A program made the position numbers and the translations under genes. Shown piece after piece: positions 1 through 10,126 of a stretch of DNA of 64,000 bases. Origin of the DNA: Gammaproteobacteria bacterium (GTDB lineage: Bacteria; Pseudomonadota; Gammaproteobacteria; CBDBNL01; JAAOII01); assembly GCA_965209035.1 (NCBI GenBank), contig OZ242372.1, positions 640,001 to 704,000 of the forward strand. The letters run 5' to 3'. The first letter of the stretch is position 1; the number at the start of each line of letters is the position of its first letter. The notes under the pieces are model-generated. The model did no database searches. It saw only the letters and a list, made by a program, of their open reading frames with translations, and was not told where the DNA came from.

Positions 1-552
1 ATCCTGCTGCCGGAAGCGGAATTCTGCGAGCATGTAACCCCGTTTGAAGGAGCCGAAATAGACAAGGAGGCTTTGGAAATTAACCGCATTGACCCGGGGC
101 ATCCTTTGCGCTTTGCCTTGACAGAGCAAGATGCGCTGGAAAGATTATTTAAGGCGACACGTACACACCTGGAAAAAAGCGATTGTAAACTCGCCTTTCT
201 GGCCGGGCACAACGCCCATTTTGATTTGGGATTTCTACAAAAGGCGATTAAGCGATGCGACCTGCAAGAAGAAAGCCCCTTCCATCGTTTTTCCGTTTTG
301 GATACTGTTTCGTTGTCCGCTCTGGCTTACGGGCAAACCATCCTTTCCATAGCCTGCGAGAAAAGCGGTCTGGGATTTAATGCCGAAGAAGCCCATTCGG
401 CATTGTATGACGCCCATAAAACAGCCGAACTCATTTGTCATATTTGCAATCGTTGGCTGTATCTTGGCGGTTGGAACGAAAAAACGGGGATAACGGCGCC
501 AAGACCTCCCGAAAAAGACAAAAAGAACCCGAATCCCGCCCGGAAAACTTAA
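1..552 (+). CDS. rnt: Ribonuclease T (5'-truncated by window edge)
   Basis: Frame open from base 1 (..HVTPFEGAEIDKEALEINRIDP..); DEDDh motifs GHNAHFDLGFL, PFHRFSVLDT, AHSALYD; ends with the typical LGGW. Confidence 0.93.
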   Translation: MLLPEAEFCEHVTPFEGAEIDKEALEINRIDPGHPLRFALTEQDALERLFKATRTHLEKSDCKLAFLAGHNAHFDLGFLQKAIKRCDLQEESPFHRFSVLDTVSLSALAYGQTILSIACEKSGLGFNAEEAHSALYDAHKTAELICHICNRWLYLGGWNEKTGITAPRPPEKDKKNPNPARKT

Positions 553-1661
553 TCCCCGCGCTTTGCGTAGTCGCGCATAAAACGCACTAACTCCGCGACC
601 GTCTCAACGGAAACGGCGTTATAGATGCTGGCGCGCATACCGCCGCGCACCCTGTGTCCCTTCAGATACAGAAATCCGGCCGCCCGGCTCTCCTCAAGAA
701 AGCGCGTGCCCTCCTCCTCGCTCGGCAAATCAAAAACCGCGTTGGTCAGCGAGCGGCAGGATTTTGCAATCGGCGCGGTGTAAAACCCTTCGCTATTGTC
801 TATGGCATCGTAAAGCATATCGGATTTTTGCCGACTCACCTCGCCGAGTGCGGCAACCCCGCCCTGTTCCAGCATCCAATCGCACATTAAATCGCACACA
901 TAAAAAGCAAAGGTCACGGGGGTATTCAATAAGGAACCCACTTTGTGCTGTGCGGCATAGTGCAGCACGGACGGGCAAGGGGTACAAGTGGCATCATGGG
1001 CCAGAGCGGAACGCTCCAACAGATCTGCACGAATGAACACCAAAGTCAGCCCGGCAATCCCCATGTTCTTTTGGGCACACGCATAGGCGAGATCCCAACA
1101 CGAAAAATCAAGCGGGTAGGAGCCAATGCACGAAGAGATATCCGCAATCAAAGGCACACCGCCGACATCCGCTCGCTTCGGGATCTCGGGGAATGCCAAG
1201 CCGTCCACCGTCTCGTTATGGCAATAATGAAAATAAGCGGCGGCCGGATCCGTTCGCCATTCGGTCGGGGCGGCGATATCCCGGGGTTTCTTACCCGCAT
1301 CATGCGCGCTATTCACCTTCACATAGTTCTCCGCCAGTTGGGCGGCCTTGCGACTCCAATGGCCGTTAATCAAATAACCGGCACTTTCATAGCCGCCCGC
1401 CAGGTTAAGCGGGATTGCCGAAAATTGGGCGGTGGCGCCGCCGCTCATTGCAATCACTTCATAATCATCGGGCAATTGAAACAGGGCACGCAATTTTGCA
1501 AACAGATTTTCCGTTAATCGGACAAACTCCTTGCCGCGGTGACTGACCTCCGCCACGGAACTGCCGATACCGTTCCAATCCGGCAGTTCGGCCGCCATTC
1601 TTGCGATGACCTCAGTCGGCAAGGCGGCCGGACCCGCCGAAAAATTATGCAGCCTCGGCAT
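549..1661 (-). CDS. serC: Phosphoserine aminotransferase
   Basis: HNFSAGPAALP N-terminus, GGATAQF, AQKNMG PLP-lysine motif, NTP, GHR..GGMRASIYNA. Confidence 0.96.
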   Translation of the reverse strand: MPRLHNFSAGPAALPTEVIARMAAELPDWNGIGSSVAEVSHRGKEFVRLTENLFAKLRALFQLPDDYEVIAMSGGATAQFSAIPLNLAGGYESAGYLINGHWSRKAAQLAENYVKVNSAHDAGKKPRDIAAPTEWRTDPAAAYFHYCHNETVDGLAFPEIPKRADVGGVPLIADISSCIGSYPLDFSCWDLAYACAQKNMGIAGLTLVFIRADLLERSALAHDATCTPCPSVLHYAAQHKVGSLLNTPVTFAFYVCDLMCDWMLEQGGVAALGEVSRQKSDMLYDAIDNSEGFYTAPIAKSCRSLTNAVFDLPSEEEGTRFLEESRAAGFLYLKGHRVRGGMRASIYNAVSVETVAELVRFMRDYAKRGD

Positions 1662-1681
1662 ACGGGGTTAACTTCAGGACT

Positions 1682-3439
1682 TCAGGACTTCCGAACCTTC
1701 AGGTCGGCGAAATGGTTGGGGTCCGCAAGGATGCGCGCCAAAAAAGAAGTAAGCCGTGCGCCGTCCGCGCCATTAACCGCCCGATGATCATAAGACAATG
1801 CCAAAGGTAACAAAAAGCGACGCACCGGCATCTCCGTCTCATCCGGCCAAACAGGCCGCCAAACGGACTTGGATACTCCCAAGATCGCCACCTCCGGCGG
1901 GTTAATGATCGGCGTAAACTGAGTGCCACCCAAATTGCCCAGACTGGAAAGAGTGATGCAACCGCCTTGCATCTGCTCGCGCTTGAGTGTCTTTGCGCGC
2001 GCTTTCTTTGCCAGTTCCCCCGCCTCTTCGGCAAGTTCCCAAATACTCTTTTTATCCGCATCACGCAGTACCGGCACAACCAGGCCGTTCGGAGTATCCA
2101 CCGCCATACCCACATGACAGTATTTTTTATGCACAATTTGGTTGCCCTTGCCACTGCCGTTATTAATGACGGATACATTAAACTGCGGTAATTCCATAAG
2201 ACCCATCGCCAATGCCTTAATCAGAATAGGGACGGGTGTCAACTTCACACCGCGTTTTGTCGCCTCCGCCGCCAGGGACTTGCGCCGGACTTCCAGTTCC
2301 GTAATATCCGCATCCTCAAACTGGGTCACATGCGGAATATTCAACCAGGCACGCCGCATGTTTTCCGCGGTCAGTTTTTGGATGCGCGTCATCTCCTCCG
2401 ATTTCACCTCGCCGAACTGTGAAAAATCCGTGGCGGGAATTGCCGGCAGTGCCGCATCGTCGGTGCCTCCCGTCTTCAAGGCATTGCGGACAAATGCTTG
2501 GACATCCCCTTTGAGAATACGTCCCCTGATGCCGCTGCCGGCAACCCGGGCAAGTTCCACGCCGAATTCGCGCGCCAGTTTGCGCACGGAAGGTCCCGCA
2601 TAAAACTTCCCGCCGGACGAAACCCGCGGTGTTTCAAAATGCGCCGGCATCTGTGGCTGTGTTCCGCGTTGCGGTGTTGCGGTTGTCGGCGGCGGCGAAG
2701 CCGGGGCGACGGCTCCCGCCTGCGGAGACGCCCCGGATACAGAGGACACAGGAGACGCCGCGGCACTTACCACCGCGGCACGCATCATTGCAAACACATC
2801 GCCGCTTTTCACCTTATCCCCTTTTTTGCAGCGAACCTCCAAAATCTTGCCTCTGTGAGGAGCGGGGATTTCCATAGAAGCCTTGTCGCTTTCCAAAACA
2901 ATTAACACATCTTCGGCTGCCACCTCGTCTCCCTTTTTGAGATGCACTTCTATGATCTCAACCGCATCGTCTGTGCCAAGATCCGGAATCGTCACCTCAA
3001 TCGTTTTTTCTTTTTTCTCCTCTTGCTCCTGCCCCTCTTCGGGCCGGGCGGGTGTCGGAGCGGTTTGGGTCGTTTGGGTTGTTTCGGACTCTCTTTTTGC
3101 CGCCGCGCCGCCGGCATAGCCGGCCGGAGTTTCCGGTTCGGCGGTGTCGCCGGTCCCGCCGGTAACTTCCGCGGATTCAACCGACTGTGTCGCGCCTTCT
3201 TCGGTCAGTATTGCCCCGATGGTGTCGCCTTCCATTACCTTATCGCCCTGCTTCACTGTCAGTGCCTCCAGTTTTCCGGCAAACGGAGCCGGAATTTCCA
3301 TTGAAGCCTTGTCGTTTTCCAACACAATAAGGGCTTGATCCGCTGTCACGGATTCTCCCGCGGTGACAAGAATCTCTATGATCTCCACCGCATCGTCTGT
3401 GCCCAGTGCGGGAATGATAATCGGTTGACTTTTTGCCAA
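1682..3439 (-). CDS. aceF: Pyruvate dehydrogenase E2 (dihydrolipoamide acetyltransferase), two lipoyl domains
   Basis: Two lipoyl motifs (LENDKASMEIPAP, LESDKASMEIPAP), E3-binding AGPSVRKLARE, catalytic SYDHRAVNGA; follows aceE. Confidence 0.96.
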   Translation of the reverse strand: MAKSQPIIIPALGTDDAVEIIEILVTAGESVTADQALIVLENDKASMEIPAPFAGKLEALTVKQGDKVMEGDTIGAILTEEGATQSVESAEVTGGTGDTAEPETPAGYAGGAAAKRESETTQTTQTAPTPARPEEGQEQEEKKEKTIEVTIPDLGTDDAVEIIEVHLKKGDEVAAEDVLIVLESDKASMEIPAPHRGKILEVRCKKGDKVKSGDVFAMMRAAVVSAAASPVSSVSGASPQAGAVAPASPPPTTATPQRGTQPQMPAHFETPRVSSGGKFYAGPSVRKLAREFGVELARVAGSGIRGRILKGDVQAFVRNALKTGGTDDAALPAIPATDFSQFGEVKSEEMTRIQKLTAENMRRAWLNIPHVTQFEDADITELEVRRKSLAAEATKRGVKLTPVPILIKALAMGLMELPQFNVSVINNGSGKGNQIVHKKYCHVGMAVDTPNGLVVPVLRDADKKSIWELAEEAGELAKKARAKTLKREQMQGGCITLSSLGNLGGTQFTPIINPPEVAILGVSKSVWRPVWPDETEMPVRRFLLPLALSYDHRAVNGADGARLTSFLARILADPNHFADLKVRKS

Positions 3440-3465
3440 GATAATTCCCTTAATTCCTTTGCTAA

Positions 3466-6180
3466 TTATTGATAAAGCGGGAAGTTTGCTTTGTTATCTA
3501 TTTTAAGTTTGCGTGCGGCCGCCTTCAAATCGGCACCCCCCAGTTTACCCTGTCGAAACAGCCCCAGGAGCGCATGATAAGCGATGTGGGCACTGTCCAC
3601 CCCGTAAAATCGTCTGAGCGCGGCGCGCGAGTCACTGCGTCCAAAACCGTCCGTCCCCAAACAATAGTAAGGTGCCCGGACAAACTTGCGTATCTGCTCC
3701 GGGTATAAGCGCACATAATCGGTTGCCGCCACAATGGGCGTGTCCTCGTCGTTAAGACAGGTTTCCACATAAGATACCTTTTGTTTGGTATGCGGATTGC
3801 GGTTATTGTGGTGCGCCGTTTCCTGCGCCTCTCGCGCCAATTCGTTAAAACTCGTCGCACTCCAAACCTCCGCACGCACGCCAAACTCTCGTCGTAATAA
3901 CTCCGCCGCCAAAATCGCCTCTGTTAAGATGCTGCCGCTGCCCAGCAGACGCACCGCAAGTTCTTTTCTGTTGCCTCCTTTTTGAGCGGGAACAGTCGAC
4001 AGGGGCAGTCTGTATAATCCTTTAATAATTTTTTCTTCTATGTCTTTTTCCGGCGGCAGGGCGGGATGCAAGTAATTCTCATTCATCGTTGTTAAGTAAT
4101 AAAAGACGCCGTCACCTTCCCCATACATTCGCCGAATACCGCGCAAGACGATGGCGGCAAGTTCGTAGGAAAAGGTCGGATCATAAGAAATACAATTTGG
4201 CACGGCGGAAGCGGCAAGTTGACTGTGTCCGTCCAGATGCTGCAGACCTTCGCCGGCAAGCGTTGTCCGCCCGGAGGTTGCCCCCACCAGAAAACCGCGC
4301 GCACGCATATCGCCGGCCGCCCAGATGAAATCACCCACACGCTGAAAACCGAACATAGAATAAAAAATATAAAAAGGAATTAACGGAAAGTTGTTGTTGT
4401 GAACCGAAGTTGCCGCAGCAATCCAGGCGGCAACGGAGCCGGCCTCGTTGATCCCTTCTTGCAGGATCTGACCTTTAATGTCTTCTTTGTAAAACATGAT
4501 CTGGTCCGCATCCTGCGGCACATATTTCTGTCCCACGGAAGAATAGATCCCCAACTGACGAAAGAGCCCCTCCATACCAAAGGTGCGCGCCTCGTCCGGC
4601 ACAATCGGCACCACCCGTTCTCCCACATCCTTGTCCCGACAAATCCCGGAAAGCATCCGCACAAATGCCATGGTTGTGGAGATCTCGCGGTCACCGCTGG
4701 ACTCCGACTGAGCGGAAAAAATATCCGCTTTGGGAGGCGGCAATAACTTAATCTTGGTTCGGCGCTGCGGCACATAGCCGCCGAGCACTTTTCTGCGTTC
4801 ATGCATATATTGCAAGAAATCGGTAGCCGCGGGCGGCTTGCAATAGGGCATCTTTTTGAGATCCTCATCCGGTACGGGGATGTTAAATCTGTCCCGGAAC
4901 TTCTTGAGTCCTTCTATGTCCAACTTTTTCAGCGAGTGGGCGATGTTGTCCGCCTCGCCCGGAGTGCCGTATCCTTTAATCGTCTTTGCCAGGATGACCG
5001 TCGGCTGCCCTTTGTGCGCCGCCGCCTTGGCATAAGCGGAATAAACCTTATGAATGTCATGCCCGCCTCGGTTGAGGCGATAGATATCCTCATCGCTCAT
5101 GTTTGCCACCAACTGCAACAATTCCGGATACTTGCCAAAAAAGTTGTCGCGCGTGTACTTGCCGCCCTTATTTTTGTAATTCTGGTACTCGCCGTCAACC
5201 ACTTCTTCCATTCGGCGCACCAGCAGTCCCCGTTCATCCCGGGCAAACAGATCGTCCCATCGGCGTCCCCAAATGACTTTGATGACATTCCAGCCGGCAC
5301 CGCGGAAAATACCTTCCAACTCCTGAATGATCAACCCGTTGCCGCGCACAGGACCGTCCAGCCTTTGCAAATTGCAGTTCACCACAAAGATCAGATTATC
5401 CAGTTTTTCGCGTCCCGCCAAAGAAAGACCGCCCAAAGATTCCGGTTCGTCGCTTTCGCCGTCTCCCATAAAGCACCAGACTTTTCTGTCTTTTGCCGGC
5501 AACATCTTGCGGTTATCCAGGTACTTCATCAACCTTGCCTGATACACCGCTTGCAGCGGCCCCAGCCCCATTGAAACCGTCGGGAACTCCCAATAGTCCG
5601 GCATCAACCAAGGATGCGGATACGAAGACAGACTATTCTTGTCCTTTAACAGTTTCGGTTTGTTGGCTTCCCGGCGAAAGTTATTCAGATGTGTTTCGCC
5701 GATGCGACCTTCCAAAAACGAACGCGCGTAAATACCGGGTGAAGAATGCCCTTGAAAGAAGATCATATCGCCGCCGCCTTCCGCATCGGGTCCCTTGAAG
5801 AAATGATTAAAGCCGACCTCGTAAAGAGTGGCGATGGAAGAAAAAGAGGAGATATGGCCGCCAATGCTCGCATCTTGAATATTGGCGCGATTTACCATGA
5901 TCATCGCGTTCCAGCGGATAAACGAGCGAATCCGCTCTTCCATGCCCAGGTCTCCCGGATAGGGAGGCTCTTCCTCGCGCGGGATCGTATTCACATAGGG
6001 GGTGTTTTTGGAAAAAGGCAGTTCTATGCCTTCCACGCTGGCCTTGCCGGCGAGCGCACGCAAAATGACCGTCGCACGCTCCTTCCCCGCATGCGTATAA
6101 ACATCCTCAAACGCCTCCAACCATTCGTTTAGTTCTTCGTCCGTTTGTCTCGGAGTCTGCTGTGTTTTGCTTTCACTCAT
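3466..6180 (-). CDS. aceE: Pyruvate dehydrogenase E1, homodimeric
   Basis: GGHISS, SSYPHPWLMPDYWEFPTVSMGLGP, ThDP motif GDGE..NCNLQRLDGPV; 904 aa. Confidence 0.97.
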   Translation of the reverse strand: MSESKTQQTPRQTDEELNEWLEAFEDVYTHAGKERATVILRALAGKASVEGIELPFSKNTPYVNTIPREEEPPYPGDLGMEERIRSFIRWNAMIMVNRANIQDASIGGHISSFSSIATLYEVGFNHFFKGPDAEGGGDMIFFQGHSSPGIYARSFLEGRIGETHLNNFRREANKPKLLKDKNSLSSYPHPWLMPDYWEFPTVSMGLGPLQAVYQARLMKYLDNRKMLPAKDRKVWCFMGDGESDEPESLGGLSLAGREKLDNLIFVVNCNLQRLDGPVRGNGLIIQELEGIFRGAGWNVIKVIWGRRWDDLFARDERGLLVRRMEEVVDGEYQNYKNKGGKYTRDNFFGKYPELLQLVANMSDEDIYRLNRGGHDIHKVYSAYAKAAAHKGQPTVILAKTIKGYGTPGEADNIAHSLKKLDIEGLKKFRDRFNIPVPDEDLKKMPYCKPPAATDFLQYMHERRKVLGGYVPQRRTKIKLLPPPKADIFSAQSESSGDREISTTMAFVRMLSGICRDKDVGERVVPIVPDEARTFGMEGLFRQLGIYSSVGQKYVPQDADQIMFYKEDIKGQILQEGINEAGSVAAWIAAATSVHNNNFPLIPFYIFYSMFGFQRVGDFIWAAGDMRARGFLVGATSGRTTLAGEGLQHLDGHSQLAASAVPNCISYDPTFSYELAAIVLRGIRRMYGEGDGVFYYLTTMNENYLHPALPPEKDIEEKIIKGLYRLPLSTVPAQKGGNRKELAVRLLGSGSILTEAILAAELLRREFGVRAEVWSATSFNELAREAQETAHHNNRNPHTKQKVSYVETCLNDEDTPIVAATDYVRLYPEQIRKFVRAPYYCLGTDGFGRSDSRAALRRFYGVDSAHIAYHALLGLFRQGKLGGADLKAAARKLKIDNKANFPLYQ

Positions 6181-6310
6181 ATTTGTATTTATTTTATACT
6201 ATCCAAAAGAAAACGAAAAGAAACCCAAAGAAAAAAAGATTAATAGCAGTCCCTTAATCCAAAACGCTCTCCCGGACGCTTCAATAATTTGTTAATGATT
6301 TGTTATTTTA

Positions 6311-6967
6311 TTAAAGTTCGTCCAATACTTTTTTCAATTCATCTATCGCGCATACTTTGGTATCCGAAGTGCATATGCTTCTAAGATTATCCATTTGTGT
6401 CATTCCCGCCCGGACGTTATGACCCCGATAATAGGGGCCGTCCGCTATCACAATAAACCTCCTTTTCGGGTTTTTGTTTCCCGGACACTGCCTGATAAAG
6501 TCCCGAAGAACTTTACATTGATTATCCTGCGAACCACCGGATTGATCCGTGTATTTATGCTTCGCATAAATTTCAAAATTTTTATATCTCCAATAAAAAT
6601 CAATTTTTAGGGCATCCGGATATCTTTTTGCCTCTTCTTGAGAAACCGGGTTTCCTCTCATCAAGTATAACTTCGTAGCCGGCAGATTACGAAAATCTCT
6701 GACGCCTTCCAATTTACAAATATAAGCGGCCGCAACCTTTTCGTGAATGCGTTGTTTGATCGGATTAATGGCAAAACATGCCGCCGCGACCTTATTGCTC
6801 CGGATAGAATCCCGGATTTCCGCCTCGGGTATGTTCCATTGCTGCGCAGCCTGCTCAATCTTAAAAAGAAGATCCTTATCTTTGGCATCCAATAAGTCGC
6901 GCACTGCCCGGATATTTTCCCGCCAACGCTTGGAAACTGCCTCCCGATAAATATTCTTTACAGGCAT
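6311..6967 (-). CDS. Hypothetical protein, putative type II restriction endonuclease
   Basis: 218 aa, overlaps the MTase stop by 10 bp; E..KID(F)..xHKY..GGSQDNQ resembles a PD-(D/E)xK-variant nuclease core. Function inferred from context. Confidence 0.55.
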   Translation of the reverse strand: MPVKNIYREAVSKRWRENIRAVRDLLDAKDKDLLFKIEQAAQQWNIPEAEIRDSIRSNKVAAACFAINPIKQRIHEKVAAAYICKLEGVRDFRNLPATKLYLMRGNPVSQEEAKRYPDALKIDFYWRYKNFEIYAKHKYTDQSGGSQDNQCKVLRDFIRQCPGNKNPKRRFIVIADGPYYRGHNVRAGMTQMDNLRSICTSDTKVCAIDELKKVLDEL

Positions 6968-8013
6968 TCGGCAAGCAAATCCCTTGCGATGCGATATTCC
7001 ATACGCCGACGATATCTCCCGTCTTTGCGCAATCCCTTAAACACCGTAAGAAAAATATCGTGCGTATTGTGCCTTAGTTCGTGAATGCGCTCGTTTAGAC
7101 GCCGAATTAACTGGTCGGAAACATCCGTTCCGCCGATACGCGTGATAGCGCGAGAAGATGATTTAATCGGGTAACGCTCAAGTGCCTCTCCTCTGTGAAA
7201 GGCAATGGAAGCCTTGGCGGAATTGTCAATACCCACAAATCCCAAGTCGCCGTCCGGGACATTAAAACGAAAACGAAAACGAACGCTTTCCGCCCGGGCA
7301 TCTGTCGTGCCGGGCATGTGGGTTTCCAACTCCTTCAGGTTGCCGATGAACATATCGTCCATCTCCACCCGAGTATCCGCAACAGGCCCTTCGCCGAACA
7401 AGCCCAGACAGACAGGATTATCCGTATAAGAAAATAACTTCTTATGGATAAAGATAACGGACTCCAGTCTGTCGCGAAACAAGCCGGACTGAATAAACGA
7501 TGCCGGCATCAACGCTGCCACATAAGGGGAATGCCGCAAACACGACGCCAGACAATGTTTGTAAAGATCATCATATGTCGTCTCCGGGAAAGAAAGCCCC
7601 AACCTGGTGGCTCGGCTTTTGTAAAGCCACGGCGGATTGGTGACGCATACTTCGTATCCTTGCGGATAATCCAAGAGAGTGTCCCGTTGACGAACATCCG
7701 CCGATTGCGGATGCAGATCATAAGAATCGTAAGAATTACAATAGCCAAGCGATTGTAGCATTTCAATCAGGTTGTTGGACCCGGCAAAAGGCTCCAGAAT
7801 TTTTCGCTTGCATATGCGATGTTTGTGCGCCCAGGCAGCAAACCCGCGACAAGAAAAAGGATTATGTAACGCGGTATAGTAAATGCCGTAACTGCGCGTA
7901 TGCGAACGCGAATGCACAGTGAGTTTGCGCGCCGACGACGCATCATTGGCTGTTTTTTTTGCTGTTCTTTTAAAAGTCCTAAAAGCCCAAAGTGTTCCCG
8001 GTTGTAACCCCAT
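6958..8013 (-). CDS. Amino (N6-adenine-type) DNA methyltransferase, gamma-class motif order
   Basis: Motif X G.YYT, motif I ILEPFAGS, motif IV VTNPPW, YDDLYK, then a C-terminal putative TRD. Confidence 0.85.
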   Translation of the reverse strand: MGLQPGTLWAFRTFKRTAKKTANDASSARKLTVHSRSHTRSYGIYYTALHNPFSCRGFAAWAHKHRICKRKILEPFAGSNNLIEMLQSLGYCNSYDSYDLHPQSADVRQRDTLLDYPQGYEVCVTNPPWLYKSRATRLGLSFPETTYDDLYKHCLASCLRHSPYVAALMPASFIQSGLFRDRLESVIFIHKKLFSYTDNPVCLGLFGEGPVADTRVEMDDMFIGNLKELETHMPGTTDARAESVRFRFRFNVPDGDLGFVGIDNSAKASIAFHRGEALERYPIKSSSRAITRIGGTDVSDQLIRRLNERIHELRHNTHDIFLTVFKGLRKDGRYRRRMEYRIARDLLAECL

Positions 8014-8063
8014 AGTGTTAATTTTTATTATACTTTTATTTACTTATTTATTCATTCCACATT

Positions 8064-8098
8064 CCAAGACCCAAGACCCAAGACCCAAGACCCAAGCC
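8064..8098. repeat. Heptamer tandem repeat (CCAAGAC)x4 plus 1 imperfect copy
   Basis: Read directly: ccaagac ccaagac ccaagac ccaagac ccaagcc, 50-85 bp upstream of the MTase start. Confidence 0.95.
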
Positions 8099-8151
8099 CC
8101 AACCGGTTGTTTTCTTGGCGTGTGTCCGCGGGTTCGGTTGCCTGCGGAAGG

Positions 8152-8985
8152 TTATCTTCTCCCGGCAAGCAGTTCTTCCAGGTGTTGCAGATCTTCGGGT
8201 CTGTCCACCCCGCCGGGTGATTCCTCGCGCGCAATCGCCACGCGCACGCAAGCACCGTGATGCAGGGCCCGCAGCTGCTCCAACCTCTCTGTCTTTTCCG
8301 CGAATGTCTCTTGCCAACGCACATACTTGTTTAGAAAGTCGAAACGATAGGCATAAATTCCAAGATGTCGCAGCCAGGCCCGGTCATCCCGGCCGGATCG
8401 ATTGCTCTGTTCCGCCGCCTCAGGCAAGTTCGTCTCGCGATCTGCGGCACTGGGAATCGGTGAGCGGCTGAAATACATCGCATGCTCTTTTTGATTGCAA
8501 ACCACCTTCACACAGTTTGGATCCGCCAATTCTCGCGCAGCGGCAATCGGCATCGCCAGGGTTGCCATGTCCGCTTCGCTGTCGCTTGCCAGTACCTCCG
8601 CCACCTGGCGAATATTTGCCGGCGGCAGCAGCGGCTCATCCCCTTGTACATTGATTAAAATCTCATTGGCATCCAACTTGAATGCTTTTGCCGCCGCATG
8701 CACCCTTTCGGTACCGGAACGCAACCCGGCAGAAGTCATCGCAACCGCCGCCCCCGCCCGACTTGCGAGTTCGGCAATACGTTCGTCATCCGTCGCGATC
8801 ACTACCCGCCCGGCGCGACTTGCCACAGCCGCCTCATATACCCATAACAGGATGGACTTGCCACGCAGACTTGCCAACATCTTGCCGGGGAAACGAGACG
8901 AAGCATATCTGGCGGGAATAATGACCGTAAAAGCGGGAGCATCGTGCATCTTCTTATTCTTTTCGCTCATGCTTAAAATTGCCAA
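8152..8985 (-). CDS. kdsB: 3-deoxy-manno-octulosonate cytidylyltransferase (start may be 8970 or 8949)
   Basis: IIPARYASSRFPGKML, SGTER, NVQGDEP, YFSRSPIP, HLGIYAY, LEQLR. Confidence 0.96.
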   Translation of the reverse strand: MAILSMSEKNKKMHDAPAFTVIIPARYASSRFPGKMLASLRGKSILLWVYEAAVASRAGRVVIATDDERIAELASRAGAAVAMTSAGLRSGTERVHAAAKAFKLDANEILINVQGDEPLLPPANIRQVAEVLASDSEADMATLAMPIAAARELADPNCVKVVCNQKEHAMYFSRSPIPSAADRETNLPEAAEQSNRSGRDDRAWLRHLGIYAYRFDFLNKYVRWQETFAEKTERLEQLRALHHGACVRVAIAREESPGGVDRPEDLQHLEELLAGRR

Positions 8986-10050
8986 TTAGACATGTCGCAA
9001 ATGGCGGAGAATGGCCCGAATCAGGCGAGCGTCTATCCGGACTTCGCGACACAGGACCCACAGATCCGAAATGCCGAAATGCTCGCATTTCACCGCATCC
9101 TTTTCCGTAATGATAATCGGTGCGGGCTTGGACCCGACGGTCGCAAAGTTAAGGTCTTCCCGCCGAAACCGGTGATGATTGGGAAAACTGTGCGTTTCAC
9201 ACACAATATTCTTTTTCTTTAAGGTGTCAAAAAAATTCCACGGTTGGGCGATGCCGCAAACCGCCCGCACCTTCTTGCCCGCATACAGCTTTTTCCATTG
9301 GGCGATGGTTTTAACTTCCTTTGTGCCGGCTCGTCTGAGGTAAATCTTCTTAAGTGTCATTCGGTATGTCTTATCTTTGTTGGACGCCAACAAACGCAAT
9401 AACCTTGGATTGATGCCATTATCTCCCAAGTTCAAACAGTTTAGCAAGATATAATCCACTTTTTTCAGACGGGAAAGCGGTTCGCGCAGCGGACCGGCCG
9501 GCAGACAGTGCCCGTTACCAACACCCCCGACCGCATCCAGCACGGCAATTTCCAAACTGCGATGCATCGCATAGTGTTGCAAGCCGTCGTCACTGATCAC
9601 CAGATCCGGATTGCATTCCCTTGCCAGATTGGCTGCCGCCACCGCCCGCAGCGGATGCACATACACCGGGCAGTCGGTTCGCCGTGCCAGCAGCAACGGC
9701 TCGTCGCCGACTGCCACCGCCTTGCTGTTCCGATTGACAAGCATCCCGTTTTTCCGAGTCGCTCCTCCCTTATAGCCGCGGCTGATAATGCCCGTCTTCA
9801 GACCGCGTTTCACCAGAACTTCGGCTAAACCGATCACCGCGGGTGTCTTGCCGGCACCGCCGACCGTCAGCCCTCCCACAACAATAATCGGCGGGTTAAC
9901 TCGTCGGCTCGGCGGCCGCAACGCGTAGAACGCCCGCAGAGCTCCCATCGCGAGCCTGTATAAAAGTTCAAAAGGGAGTAAAAATAATGGAAAGATTCCG
10001 GAACCGGACCAGAGAGTCCGAAGAATACGAGGCATCAACAACAACAACAA
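8986..10050 (-). CDS. lpxK: Tetraacyldisaccharide 4'-kinase
   Basis: VVGGLTVGGAGKTP, SRGY, GDEP, DDGLQH, LPAGPLRE, TEKDAVK. Confidence 0.96.
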   Translation of the reverse strand: MLLLLMPRILRTLWSGSGIFPLFLLPFELLYRLAMGALRAFYALRPPSRRVNPPIIVVGGLTVGGAGKTPAVIGLAEVLVKRGLKTGIISRGYKGGATRKNGMLVNRNSKAVAVGDEPLLLARRTDCPVYVHPLRAVAAANLARECNPDLVISDDGLQHYAMHRSLEIAVLDAVGGVGNGHCLPAGPLREPLSRLKKVDYILLNCLNLGDNGINPRLLRLLASNKDKTYRMTLKKIYLRRAGTKEVKTIAQWKKLYAGKKVRAVCGIAQPWNFFDTLKKKNIVCETHSFPNHHRFRREDLNFATVGSKPAPIIITEKDAVKCEHFGISDLWVLCREVRIDARLIRAILRHLRHV

Positions 10051-10082
10051 TTAAAAACGCAAGACGGATCGGACAGACCCCG

Positions 10083-10109
10083 AATAGCCATAATAGCCAT
10101 AATAGCCAT
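10083..10109. repeat. 9-mer tandem repeat (AATAGCCAT)x3 between msbA and lpxK
   Basis: Three perfect copies read directly. Confidence 0.93.
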
Positions 10110-10126
10110 TCGGAAAATGTCGTTAT

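Noticed and set aside
1682-6180. aceEF without an adjacent lpdA
   Set aside because: A common arrangement, for example in Pseudomonas-like genomes
7264-7285. (AAAACG)3 inside the MTase as a phase-variation tract
   Set aside because: A 6-bp unit keeps the frame and the tract is short
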